From the NCBI GenBank assembly GCA_963760795.1, contig CAVXEP010000032.1, positions 32,001 to 96,000 of the forward strand: a DNA stretch of 64,000 nucleotides, written 5' to 3'. Under the pieces are notes generated by a model, which saw only the letters and a list, made by a program, of their open reading frames with translations, did not search any database and was not told the DNA's origin. Numbering within the stretch: the first letter of the stretch is position 1; each line of letters begins with the position of its first letter. The stretch is from an uncultured delta proteobacterium (GTDB lineage: Bacteria > Desulfobacterota > Binatia > UBA9968). Both the position numbers and the translations under genes were made by a program. Shown here piece after piece: positions 31,365 to 39,939 of the stretch.

Positions 31365-32351
31365 ATGAGGAAAGCGATCATGATGCCAATCCTTATCGCA
31401 ATCATCCTAGTCTTTGCATTGTCAACGCCGGCAGGGGGCCAGGAGCGAATTAAATTTCCCGTCGGCGTTTCGTCCAAAGTCTTGGGTTACGGGACTCTAT
31501 GGGCGGCCTGGCGGCGCGGTTATTTCGAGCGCGAAGGGCTCGATGTCGACGTCGTGCTCATGCGCGGCACGGCGCCGGCGGTGCAAGCGTTGATCGGCAA
31601 CTCGATCTCGGCGGCGTTGCTCGCCAACGACGGGCCGATCACCGCTGTCGAGCAGGGCGCCGACCTGGTCATGGTCGCCAGCGGCAGCAAGATTACCCAC
31701 ATGCTGATGGGCGCGAAGAATTACAAAACCTACGAAGACCTGCGCGGCGCGACCATCGGTTCGTCCACGTTAACTTCCGGCACGACCTTCGTGTTGCGCC
31801 GCGCGCTCAAGCTCAAAGGGCTCGAGTATCCGCGCGATTACAAACTCCTGAGCGTCGGCGGTACTACCGAGGCGTTTCTGGCGATGAATGCCGGCCAGAC
31901 CGCCGCGTCGATGATGGCCGTGCCCTATTCATTCCGGGCACAAGAGCTGGGGTTTAATTTAATCGGCCGCATGGTCGATGTCTTTCCCAATTACCTGCTC
32001 TCGGCATTTTCGGTCCGGCGCAGTTGGGCCGAGAAGAACCGGCCGGTGGTCGTGCGGTTCCTCAAGGCGGTGGTGCGCGCGAAGAAATGGTTCGAGCAAG
32101 ATCGCAAGGCGGCGATCGAGTACCTGGCGAAGGAATTTCAACTGACGGCGGCACTGGCGGAAAAAGGTCTGGATTATTATCTTCAAGCTCCAGCCTGGCA
32201 CCCTGAACTGGAGATCGAGATGGATGGCTTGAAAACCGTCGTCGATATCTACGCCGAGCAAAACAACTTGAAGGGGCCGACTCCCAATGCCGAGAAATAT
32301 GTCGATCAGAGTTATCTGCGCCAGGCGTTGAAGGAGATCGGGCTGAGATGA
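31365..32351 (+). CDS. ABC substrate-binding protein, NitT/TauT family
   Basis: Paralog of 8074..9054. Confidence 0.9.
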   Translation: MRKAIMMPILIAIILVFALSTPAGGQERIKFPVGVSSKVLGYGTLWAAWRRGYFEREGLDVDVVLMRGTAPAVQALIGNSISAALLANDGPITAVEQGADLVMVASGSKITHMLMGAKNYKTYEDLRGATIGSSTLTSGTTFVLRRALKLKGLEYPRDYKLLSVGGTTEAFLAMNAGQTAASMMAVPYSFRAQELGFNLIGRMVDVFPNYLLSAFSVRRSWAEKNRPVVVRFLKAVVRAKKWFEQDRKAAIEYLAKEFQLTAALAEKGLDYYLQAPAWHPELEIEMDGLKTVVDIYAEQNNLKGPTPNAEKYVDQSYLRQALKEIGLR

Positions 32352-32610
32352 CGGGCTAATTTCTGGGTCCATGCAGTAGACCCGTAGTCATCATATCGAT
32401 CAGAATTGATCAATCGTGTCTACCAGTATTCACGCCGGTAGATCGGTGACGGACAATTCACGGACAGGATGAAAAGAACATAATAAGATCAGTCCCTTTG
32501 AATGGAATTACCAATCAAGCGTTCCGAACCCGATAACCGGGTTGAGAGCCGGATTGCGAGCGAGTACCATTGTCCTAAAGAAAAACTTAGTTTTGGGATT
32601 CGTGGAGTAC

Positions 32611-33804
32611 ATGACATTTAATCTTCCTCTCTCTCAAATTGATGCGAGGATGCTCGAAAGCCTCATGACGGACAGTGTCCCGGAGGGGCGTCAATTGGAG
32701 TACAAAGAGGCTCTTCCAGGAAACAGCGACGATGACAAGCGTGAATTTTTGAGCGATGTTACTTCTTTCGCAAACTCGGCGGGTGGTGATCTACTATTTG
32801 GTCTCAAAGAACGACGCGAGGCGGGAAGGCCAACCGCTGAGATTGAGACGATTGCCGGACTTCCAGGACTGAACGTCGACGCTGAGCGCCTCCGATTCGA
32901 AGCAATGATCCGCGACGGCATTGCCCCCAGGATGCCGCTGGTCAGTTTTCATAAAATCTCTCGAGATCCTGACCCTCCATGTCTTTTACTCCGGGTGCCG
33001 CGAAGTTGGGCAGGACTCCACATGGTAACCTACAAGAATTCCAGCAGGTTTTATTCCCGGACATCTGCGGGCAAATACCAACTTGATGTCCATGAGATCC
33101 GTGCAGGATTCGTAGCGGCCGAAATCGCAATAGAACGCCTTCGGCGTTTCAGGACGGAGCGAATCGCAAGGGCCCTCGATCTTGAGGCGCCAGTTGCCAT
33201 TGCGACTGGGCCGAAGCTGATCCTACATGCTCTCCCGATTAATATCCTAAATGAAGTGTGGCCTCGCGTCCTCACGATACAAGACCAAGTGAATGCGGGA
33301 GCCGTATCGATCATCGGTGGAACTTTCACATCGTGGAGGTTTAACCTAGACGGGTTTGTCGTACATACTCTTGTGCGCGATCTTAGTAGGCAGTGTTATA
33401 CGCAACTATTCCGAGACGGTGGGATTGAAGCGCTCAGCGGCACTGTGATCGCGAGAGACGAGCAGCGCAACGGTTTTTACGCATGGGGAATGGAAGCGCA
33501 AGTCATCGCGGCGCTCCAGAGGTATCAGAACTTCTGGCAGACGATTGGGGTAACGCCACCTATCCTCATAGGCTTAACCATATCTGGTGTTAATGGATGG
33601 AAGGTGCTGCAAAACCCGTATGGCTTCAGCGATTTGGACGAGGTGATCGACCGGGATGTCATATCGCCTCCCGACGTAGTGTTATCAGATTTCGCCAGTC
33701 CCCCGGATGTTGAACTCCGGCCACTATTCGACGTTGTCTGGAACGGCGGGGGCTGGCGCGGTTCCCCCAATTATAGAGATGGAAGATGGGTTCCGCCTTC
33801 CTGA
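32611..33804 (+). CDS. Schlafen/AlbA_2 domain protein with uncharacterised C-terminal domain
   Basis: VPEGRQLEYKE, DVTSFANSAGGDLLFG, FY.R motifs; TQLFRDGGIE in the C-terminal part. Confidence 0.85.
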   Translation: MTFNLPLSQIDARMLESLMTDSVPEGRQLEYKEALPGNSDDDKREFLSDVTSFANSAGGDLLFGLKERREAGRPTAEIETIAGLPGLNVDAERLRFEAMIRDGIAPRMPLVSFHKISRDPDPPCLLLRVPRSWAGLHMVTYKNSSRFYSRTSAGKYQLDVHEIRAGFVAAEIAIERLRRFRTERIARALDLEAPVAIATGPKLILHALPINILNEVWPRVLTIQDQVNAGAVSIIGGTFTSWRFNLDGFVVHTLVRDLSRQCYTQLFRDGGIEALSGTVIARDEQRNGFYAWGMEAQVIAALQRYQNFWQTIGVTPPILIGLTISGVNGWKVLQNPYGFSDLDEVIDRDVISPPDVVLSDFASPPDVELRPLFDVVWNGGGWRGSPNYRDGRWVPPS

Positions 33805-33989
33805 ACTCATCGGCAACGTGGAGCAATTCGCTCGAGATTCTCAAAAGTTATTCGAAGAATTTTGTTCGTTGGTGACGGGGAGCCTGAGAGTACCCTTGGC
33901 GCCAGAACTAAATGCCGCCGGGTCAGGAATCGGCGCTCAATGCTCGGAATCCATTATGGAATATAGCTTTCTGAATGCCCTGCTTGATG

Positions 33990-34135
33990 CTTGTCCTTCT
34001 TTTGTCCGTGTACATGAAACAACAAGACCCAAGAAATACCGTTGACGGCAGCACTCAGGACTTTGTTTTTGTTGGGCTCTGGTGGCTATTTTAGGCTGTG
34101 GTTACGAACGATATTCGATTGACAATCAGCGGCGA
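33990..34135 (+). repeat. att-like element, copy A
   Basis: Aligns nearly gap-free with 37214-37357: tgtcc..ttttgtccgtgtaca, hairpin, core gatt-GAC-aatc. Confidence 0.7.
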
Positions 34136-34546
34136 CAGAGGGCTCCTCTAGCTTGGTGAAGCCCAATCTCATATGGTGACGCGGTTGCCAGTTTTTAACC
34201 TAAGGAAATAGATATCGGAGTTTATGTATGGGGATATTTCGCATTGACCGTACAAAAGATGCTGTAATCTGAGCCTGCGAAAACTAGCCTTTTCCAGTTC
34301 ATCTATAGCGCGCCCAAATAAACGTCCTTGCGAAGCCGAGCACTATAGCGACTCATTCAAGCTTCTTGCTAGATGCTGGATAACCATCTTCAACATCAAA
34401 ATACTCGGGGGTCGGAGAGAGCACTTCTAAAATCGATTACGACCTCGTGCGGGTAAACTTTTTGATCGCCGAAAGGGGAGGGTTAACGGCGTCCCACCAG
34501 GTTTGTGTGTTTTCTACGCCGCTCGAACGATAGTCATTAGATTCTC

Positions 34547-35192
34547 ATGCCAGCCAAACTTAATTCTTCCTTAATTATGAAGGCCCTTGAACCATCGCCT
34601 TGGGATCGATCTGGGCAACGATGTTCGCTACCGCCTCTGTGCCTCACATCCGCTACACACAGAGCTTCAAGCGGTAATCGCCAAGGTCTGGTTAATTGGT
34701 CGACCGTATGCAGCAGCAATTGAGCGTCGCAAAAATAGGGAAACCAATGAAGCGAACGACGTCTTCTATGTGAAAACTGCGGCGCCGACCATCATGAATT
34801 CCAAAATCGATTGTTGGATTGCAATGGCACGACAGAAAAGTCCCGTTGGACCGAGTTCACTCACAGTGTCACTTAAGGTTCATCGTCGCACGACGGAACT
34901 CTTTAAAAGGATTAGTGAACAGGAAAAACGCGCTCTCGCATCAAAGTATCTCCACTTCCATGTGCCGCGAATGTTCTATATCTACGATAGTCGCGCGGTG
35001 ACGGCGATTAGCGCACTTTCCAACATAGTCGGCCGTGTCGGTAGGAATTCGTTTGAGGGCGATAACGAGTATCGGAAATTTGCCGAAAAGTGCGTCAGGC
35101 TTCAACAGCACGTTCAAGATCATTTCGGAGTGAGCCTGACGCCCCGTGAAATAGACAACTTGCTTCTAGAGATACATACAGCACGGGTTTAG
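34547..35192 (+). pseudogene. Hypothetical protein with HhH-GPD-glycosylase-like motif, disrupted by a GATC duplication
   Basis: Removing one GATC at 34604-34611 gives MPAKL..PWDLGNDV.Y..AKVWLIGR.YAAAIERR..LASKYLHFHVP..IYDSR. Confidence 0.65.
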
Positions 35193-35623
35193 CCTGCACC
35201 TCTACCTCGGTAAAAAGCGCGTTGGCCAGTGGGTGCGAGCTCATGCGGAGGCGGGTTATCGCCGGTGGCGCGGCGCTCGATTCGTCGGAGGGCAAGGCCC
35301 GCTGCGAAATTCTTAACGGCTTCATCGTTGACAGACGCGGCGAGGCGCAGATCAGCACTGCCGATGCGCGATGAACTATGACTCTATCGCCAAGACACTC
35401 GCTTCGGTAAGATTAGGCCTTGCGCCGTTTGCGATGCAAGAGAGATGCAAAGCGATGTAGCGGCCTTGTTTCTACACGCCGGAAATTGGTCTGTATACGG
35501 GTGTAACCGCAGTAACTGCTACATGAAACTGTAGAGTTCAATTCAAACTAAAAGGAACGACAGGGAAGAAATTTCGCAGTAAACGTCTGAGCCGTCAAAA
35601 TGGCGACTTGACCCTAACGTACC

Positions 35624-36001
35624 TTATTCCAACTGCCCCATAGCGGTAACTTGATAAGTCACCCTATGGAGATGCCCGTCTGAATCTCTAATGCATACCC
35701 TACTTTGCAGGAATATAAGTCTGCCACCAATAGTTGTCCAGCGGCAATTATCCACTGCCCACCCCGCGTTGACGGCGTTGTTCTGATTAGAAATACTAGC
35801 CAACGAGACCACAGGGACAACTCCATCGATGCGTCTCCAACCAGGACCTATTATAAGAAAAAGGTCATCGCAACGCCAGGAGCCTCCGGTTCCTATGAAG
35901 TCGAAAACCGGATAGCCGGAGAGAAAGACGAGATCCCGACCGTCTGGGGTTTTTGTCCGCATCTCATGCGGAGTTTCAATGAAGCTAGGAAATATTGGCA
36001 T
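35624..36001 (-). CDS. Hypothetical 125-aa beta-rich protein
   Basis: Strong RBS AAGGAGG before ATG; SLASI..AGWAVD..RDSDG motif-like sequence. Confidence 0.75.
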   Translation of the reverse strand: MPIFPSFIETPHEMRTKTPDGRDLVFLSGYPVFDFIGTGGSWRCDDLFLIIGPGWRRIDGVVPVVSLASISNQNNAVNAGWAVDNCRWTTIGGRLIFLQSRVCIRDSDGHLHRVTYQVTAMGQLE

Positions 36002-36249
36002 AGCACCCCTCCTTGTGGATCATTAAACCGATTTCTATGCGCTTCAAATGCTATCTCGTTTTTCGCATCACTTCCGGAATTTCCCCCAAATGATAACGCC
36101 ACAAATTCGTCAGGCGTGGGAACCTTATTCTCCTTCCATTGTCGGACTGCGCAAGATTCCACAAAGGCCACTACTTAACCGATTGGCGGAGCTTCTATAT
36201 TCGGAAGAGGGGCCTCGGTTCCGGTATTGAACCCCTGATTGTACCCAGG

Positions 36250-36462
36250 TCATCTTCTTCCCGGCGTCGTCCAAGTCTCCACCGTCATCTCTCTTGCCGG
36301 GATTGTCCAAGTCTCCACCACTGCCACAATCTCTCCGCTCATCTCTCTTCCCGGTGTTGTCCAAGTCTCCACCTGGGGAATTTCTTCCATAACAGAAGAA
36401 GATTCCTCTCCCGATACACCGTTCTTTGCCCTGCTAAGAGGGTCGTCTTTTTTTCCTTGCAT
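36250..36462 (-). CDS. Small protein with three VETWT(T/I)P(G/A)RE(M) repeats
   Basis: RBS-like AGGTAGGTGA; ~35-nt repeat three times (36250-36374); third copy lacks one G. Confidence 0.55.
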   Translation of the reverse strand: MQGKKDDPLSRAKNGVSGEESSSVMEEIPQVETWTTPGREMSGEIVAVVETWTIPAREMTVETWTTPGRR

Positions 36463-36653
36463 AATTTATCACCTACCTTTTCAATATCTTCCATCTTTTC
36501 TCATGGTTTTTTAAGATATTCATTAGTTGGTTGTATTCCTACCACAGAGACCGCATTCTGTAAAACACGTTCAAACTTGGCTGCCGCGGTGGCGATGACG
36601 ACCGAAGGGACGGTAATGAGGATTCTCATGAGAACCCCCGCTGGGCGGTCACC

Positions 36654-36899
36654 TTAGTCCCCAAACACAATGAAGATAACGCTTACCGCGACGAAACCAA
36701 TAATGGCTAACGCGCAATATTTTATCGTCCGCAACGCTTCGACTCGGGCTGAAATGAAGGACGCGGACGGCAGGATCAGAGTCGTTCTGAATGCAGCCAG
36801 ACGTTGAAGCAGCAGCGGAACGGTTTCACTCGCTAGCGGAAGAACTGACCACCTGTGAGCAGATTTCGATGTTATCAGTGGTCTAGTCAAGCCACGCAA
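36654..36899 (-). CDS. Small hypothetical membrane protein
   Basis: C-terminal hydrophobic helix; begins at the attC-like GTT; start uncertain. Confidence 0.35.
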   Translation of the reverse strand: MRGLTRPLITSKSAHRWSVLPLASETVPLLLQRLAAFRTTLILPSASFISARVEALRTIKYCALAIIGFVAVSVIFIVFGD

Positions 36900-36957
36900 C
36901 GGTTTGCCGCTGAGCTGCCGCGTTTTTCAGCGGTCGGCTCCATCGGCTGGTCTACGC
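36894..36957 (-). other. Degenerate integron attC-like site
   Basis: Minus strand: cagccgatggagccgaccgc-loop-gcggcagctcagcggcaaaccGTT; bulged palindrome; R'' AAC is degenerate. Confidence 0.55.
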
Positions 36958-37213
36958 TTAAATTGAACTGAATTTTCCGTTAATCTAATTCCTGGTTGTC
37001 CGTCTTCTGTCCGAGAACTGTTCCCGAAGAGACCCAAACAAACCCAACGATGGAAGCATTAAGCTGCAAATTTCATTGGGAATGGATGGGTCCATTCGGT
37101 CGCTGTTACGGCTTCTCTTCGATTCGTAATCAGTAGCTTTCCGGTTTGAATTCAGAGAAAAGACAGACTTGCACATGGCAGCATCGCACTCCTACACCCA
37201 CCCTTGGCGATCA

Positions 37214-37376
37214 TCTGTCCGCCTTTTGTCCGTGTACAAGTAACAATGAGCCCCAAGCACTGCCATCTAAGGCGGCGATTGGGGCTCGTTGTTGTAGGGC
37301 TTTGACGGCGGTCTCAGGGACTAGTCACGATTGATTTTTGAATGGCATTCAAGCGGTCGTCGGTTCGATTTCTGAC
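37214..37376 (+). repeat. att-like element, copy B, ending in a tRNA-Ala(GGC) 3' fragment
   Basis: tgtccgccttttgtccgt; 15-bp stem aacaatgagccccaa/ttggggctcgttgtt; then anticodon arm and T arm. Confidence 0.75.
37337..37376 (+). pseudogene. tRNA-Ala(GGC) fragment (anticodon arm, variable loop, T arm)
   Basis: TTTGA-ATGGCAT-TCAAG-CGGTC-GTCGG-TTCGATT-(T)CTGAC; no D arm, acceptor stem or CCA. Confidence 0.75.
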
Positions 37377-37599
37377 TTCGCGCGGAAATAGGCCCTTGAG
37401 ACGCTTGAGCTCTTTCAGTTGGACCGATGGCGCCAGATAGTCCACCCATTTCAAAACTGAAAATCTTCGTAGCGGCGCAGCCAGTTGGGCGTGCAGGCAG
37501 CCTAACGGAAAAATCAGTGACCTACTGAGTACCAGGTACTGTGAAAATGGTGAATGTGTTATAAGCGTCAATTGAATCTTGGGCCTGAGAGGAAACGGC

Positions 37600-38580
37600 A
37601 TGAACATCGACCTCCATTCGCATTTCTTTCCCGTCGAGGCGTTGCAGAATCCCGGCAAGTTCGAAAACCGCGCGCCGAAGCTTGTATTGAATGACGGCAA
37701 GCTGGCGGTGACATCGCAGATCGGATCTCGCCCTGGGTTGGGCGCGGGAGCTTACGATCCGCTGGCGCGGATCAAGGCGCTCGATCAAATGAAGATCGAC
37801 ATGCAGGCGATCTCGCCGTCGCCGATTTTACTTTTCTACTGGGAAGACGCCGCGGTGGCAGCGCATTTCTCGCGCCGGCAGAACGAAGCTATTCAAGATG
37901 TCGTCAAGAAGCATCCGGATCGGTTTATCGGCTTTGGCAGTGTGCCGCTCCAGAGTGTTCCCGAATCCATCGCCATCGCCAAGGAAGCCAAGAGCATGGG
38001 CCTCAAGGGGCTGGAGATCGGCAACGCGGTGGGGGACAAACCGCTCGACGATCCGAGCTTCGAGCCATTCTTTCAAGTAGCGCAGGAGTTGGAACTGCTC
38101 CTATTCGTCCACCCATTGGAGGGCGGGCTCGACGCCGACGATCCGCTGTCGCCGATTCTTGGCAATGTTTTGCAGTTTACCTTTCGCACCACGCTGATGG
38201 TCGAGCGCATGATTCTCAAAGGTATGTTCGAGAAGTATCCCAACCTGCGCTTATGTCTGTCGCATGGCGGCGGCTTGTTGGCTTTCAACATCTGGCGTTT
38301 GGATCACTCCTATGGTCTGCGCCGAGATTTGCAGAAACAGTTGCCGAAGAAACCATCGCAATATTTGCACCAGATGTACTTCGACACTATCGTTCACTCG
38401 GTAGCGGCTTTAGACTATCTCGTCCGAGTCGTCGGCGCCGACCGGGTAGTGATTGGCACCGACTATCCGATGGGGATGGGCGACTTCGATTCGGTGAATA
38501 AAGTCATGCAGCTCAATCTGACCGATCGCGAACGTGCGGACGTTCTCGGCGCTAACGCAAGAAATGCCTTGCAACTTTAA
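37600..38580 (+). CDS. Amidohydrolase_2, ACMSD-like decarboxylase
   Basis: IDLHSH, LFVHP, LSHGGG, YFDT, GTDYP. Confidence 0.9.
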   Translation: MNIDLHSHFFPVEALQNPGKFENRAPKLVLNDGKLAVTSQIGSRPGLGAGAYDPLARIKALDQMKIDMQAISPSPILLFYWEDAAVAAHFSRRQNEAIQDVVKKHPDRFIGFGSVPLQSVPESIAIAKEAKSMGLKGLEIGNAVGDKPLDDPSFEPFFQVAQELELLLFVHPLEGGLDADDPLSPILGNVLQFTFRTTLMVERMILKGMFEKYPNLRLCLSHGGGLLAFNIWRLDHSYGLRRDLQKQLPKKPSQYLHQMYFDTIVHSVAALDYLVRVVGADRVVIGTDYPMGMGDFDSVNKVMQLNLTDRERADVLGANARNALQL

Positions 38581-38661
38581 TAACTACGCGGTAATTCAAC
38601 CGGGCTTGGAGCCAACTGGGAAGCTATAGATGTTCCGGACGGCAACTCGTAGGGGGAAACC

Positions 38662-39657
38662 ATGCGAACGATCCTGGTTGGGATGTTAGCGATTTCTCTG
38701 AGCGGCTGCGCGGCCATGCGGCTGGGCGAGCCGACGGTGTCGATCTTGGTCGATCTCGATCCGGCGAGCGTCGAGCGCACGGTGATTGTCGAGAGCATCA
38801 CCGCGGATCGCAACGGCGTGCTTTATCTCGCCGATCGGGTGACCGGCAATATCCTCCGGGTCGATCCCAAGTCTCCGAAGGCGGTTGTCGTCGGACGGAT
38901 CGAGGCGCGGGAGATCAAGGGTAAAAACGCCAATGCCGATCCTGCGGGTATCGCGTTCAACTCCCAAGGGGACCTTTTCGTCGCCGTTGGGCCGTTCAGC
39001 GAAGTGGTGCGCATCCCCGCTGCGGAGCTAAACCCGGCGAAGCCGGGATTTTCGCGAACCTTCGCGACTGGGACGGCTGGCGCTAATGGCATCGCCTTTG
39101 ATCGCCAAGGAAATCTTTTCATCTCGGGCGGCGCCAGCGGCATCGTCTATCGTGTCGGTGCGGGTGGCGGCTCAGCTCAAGCGGCGGTGCAGATCGATAA
39201 ATTCACGCGCACGCTGCCGGACGGCAAGACCCAACAGGCGATTGTCGCCAACGGAGTTGAGTTCGATGCCAACGGCGTGCTGCATGTTACGGACACGGCG
39301 CGCGGCGCGGTTTGGCAAGTCGCCATCGGGCCGGACGGCAAAGGGGACAAGCCGGTGCTGTTGGCTCAAAGTCCGCTGCTCGAAGGGGCCGACGGTCTGG
39401 CTTTCGATCGCAGCGGCAAACTCTGGGTCGTGGCCAACGAGCGTAACGCCATCGTCACGGTTATGCCGGATGGGCAAGTCTCGCAGGTCGCCAAGAACGG
39501 CAGCCAGGGACCGTTGGAGTTCCCGTCGGCAATCGTTTTTGTTGGCGGCCGTGGATATATTTCCAACTTCGATACGCCGCGGCGCGATAACATGGACGCC
39601 AACGGCACTACCGCACGAGATGGCATTGGCGCCTCGATCGCTCAGGTCGCACCGTAA
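38662..39657 (+). CDS. SMP-30/gluconolactonase-like beta-propeller lipoprotein
   Basis: Lipobox LSGC; repeated ANGIAFD / ADGLAFD blades. Confidence 0.85.
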   Translation: MRTILVGMLAISLSGCAAMRLGEPTVSILVDLDPASVERTVIVESITADRNGVLYLADRVTGNILRVDPKSPKAVVVGRIEAREIKGKNANADPAGIAFNSQGDLFVAVGPFSEVVRIPAAELNPAKPGFSRTFATGTAGANGIAFDRQGNLFISGGASGIVYRVGAGGGSAQAAVQIDKFTRTLPDGKTQQAIVANGVEFDANGVLHVTDTARGAVWQVAIGPDGKGDKPVLLAQSPLLEGADGLAFDRSGKLWVVANERNAIVTVMPDGQVSQVAKNGSQGPLEFPSAIVFVGGRGYISNFDTPRRDNMDANGTTARDGIGASIAQVAP

Positions 39658-39684
39658 GCATTGGCCAAAGTTATTTGAAATTTT

Positions 39685-39865
39685 CGGATCACAAATTTCG
39701 AAGTACGAAAGAGGTCCCGCCGACCCAAACTCGAAACAAATTCAAATGACCAAAAAACTAAATGTTCCAAACAATCCTGATTCGGATTCCTGGTTTTGGA
39801 TCTTCCGTATTTTGGATTATTTTGGCCGCGTTTGTTTGGTATTTAGATATTCGGATTTCGGATTA
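39685..39865. repeat. CGAAA / TTCGGAT heptamer-periodic palindrome
   Basis: aaatttcgaagtacgaaa..tcgaaacaaattcaaatgacc ... tattcggatttcggatt. Confidence 0.65.
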
Positions 39866-39939
39866 ATTTCGCAGGCGAATTGGCGCGGTAAATTTGTTGA
39901 AGTCGTTCGGTTCAACATTTCAAAGGTAAGAATCCAATC

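Larger units (their letters stand above)
32400..37500. mobile_element. Degenerate low-GC genomic island, no integrase
   Basis: Visible drop in GC and coding density, foreign-type genes, att-like repeats and a tRNA fragment at the right end. Confidence 0.75.

Noticed and set aside
33707-34045. 112-aa ORF after the AlbA_2 gene as a partner gene
   Set aside because: It overlaps AlbA_2 by ~100 nt, has no RBS or motif, and runs into the att-like element.
36250-36374. Three ~35-nt repeats as a mini CRISPR array
   Set aside because: Spacers are about 0 and 21 nt, the repeats vary, periods are multiples of three (coding-like), and no cas genes are present.
37337-37376. Functional tRNA-Ala gene
   Set aside because: No 5' half, acceptor stem or CCA; kept only as a fragment.
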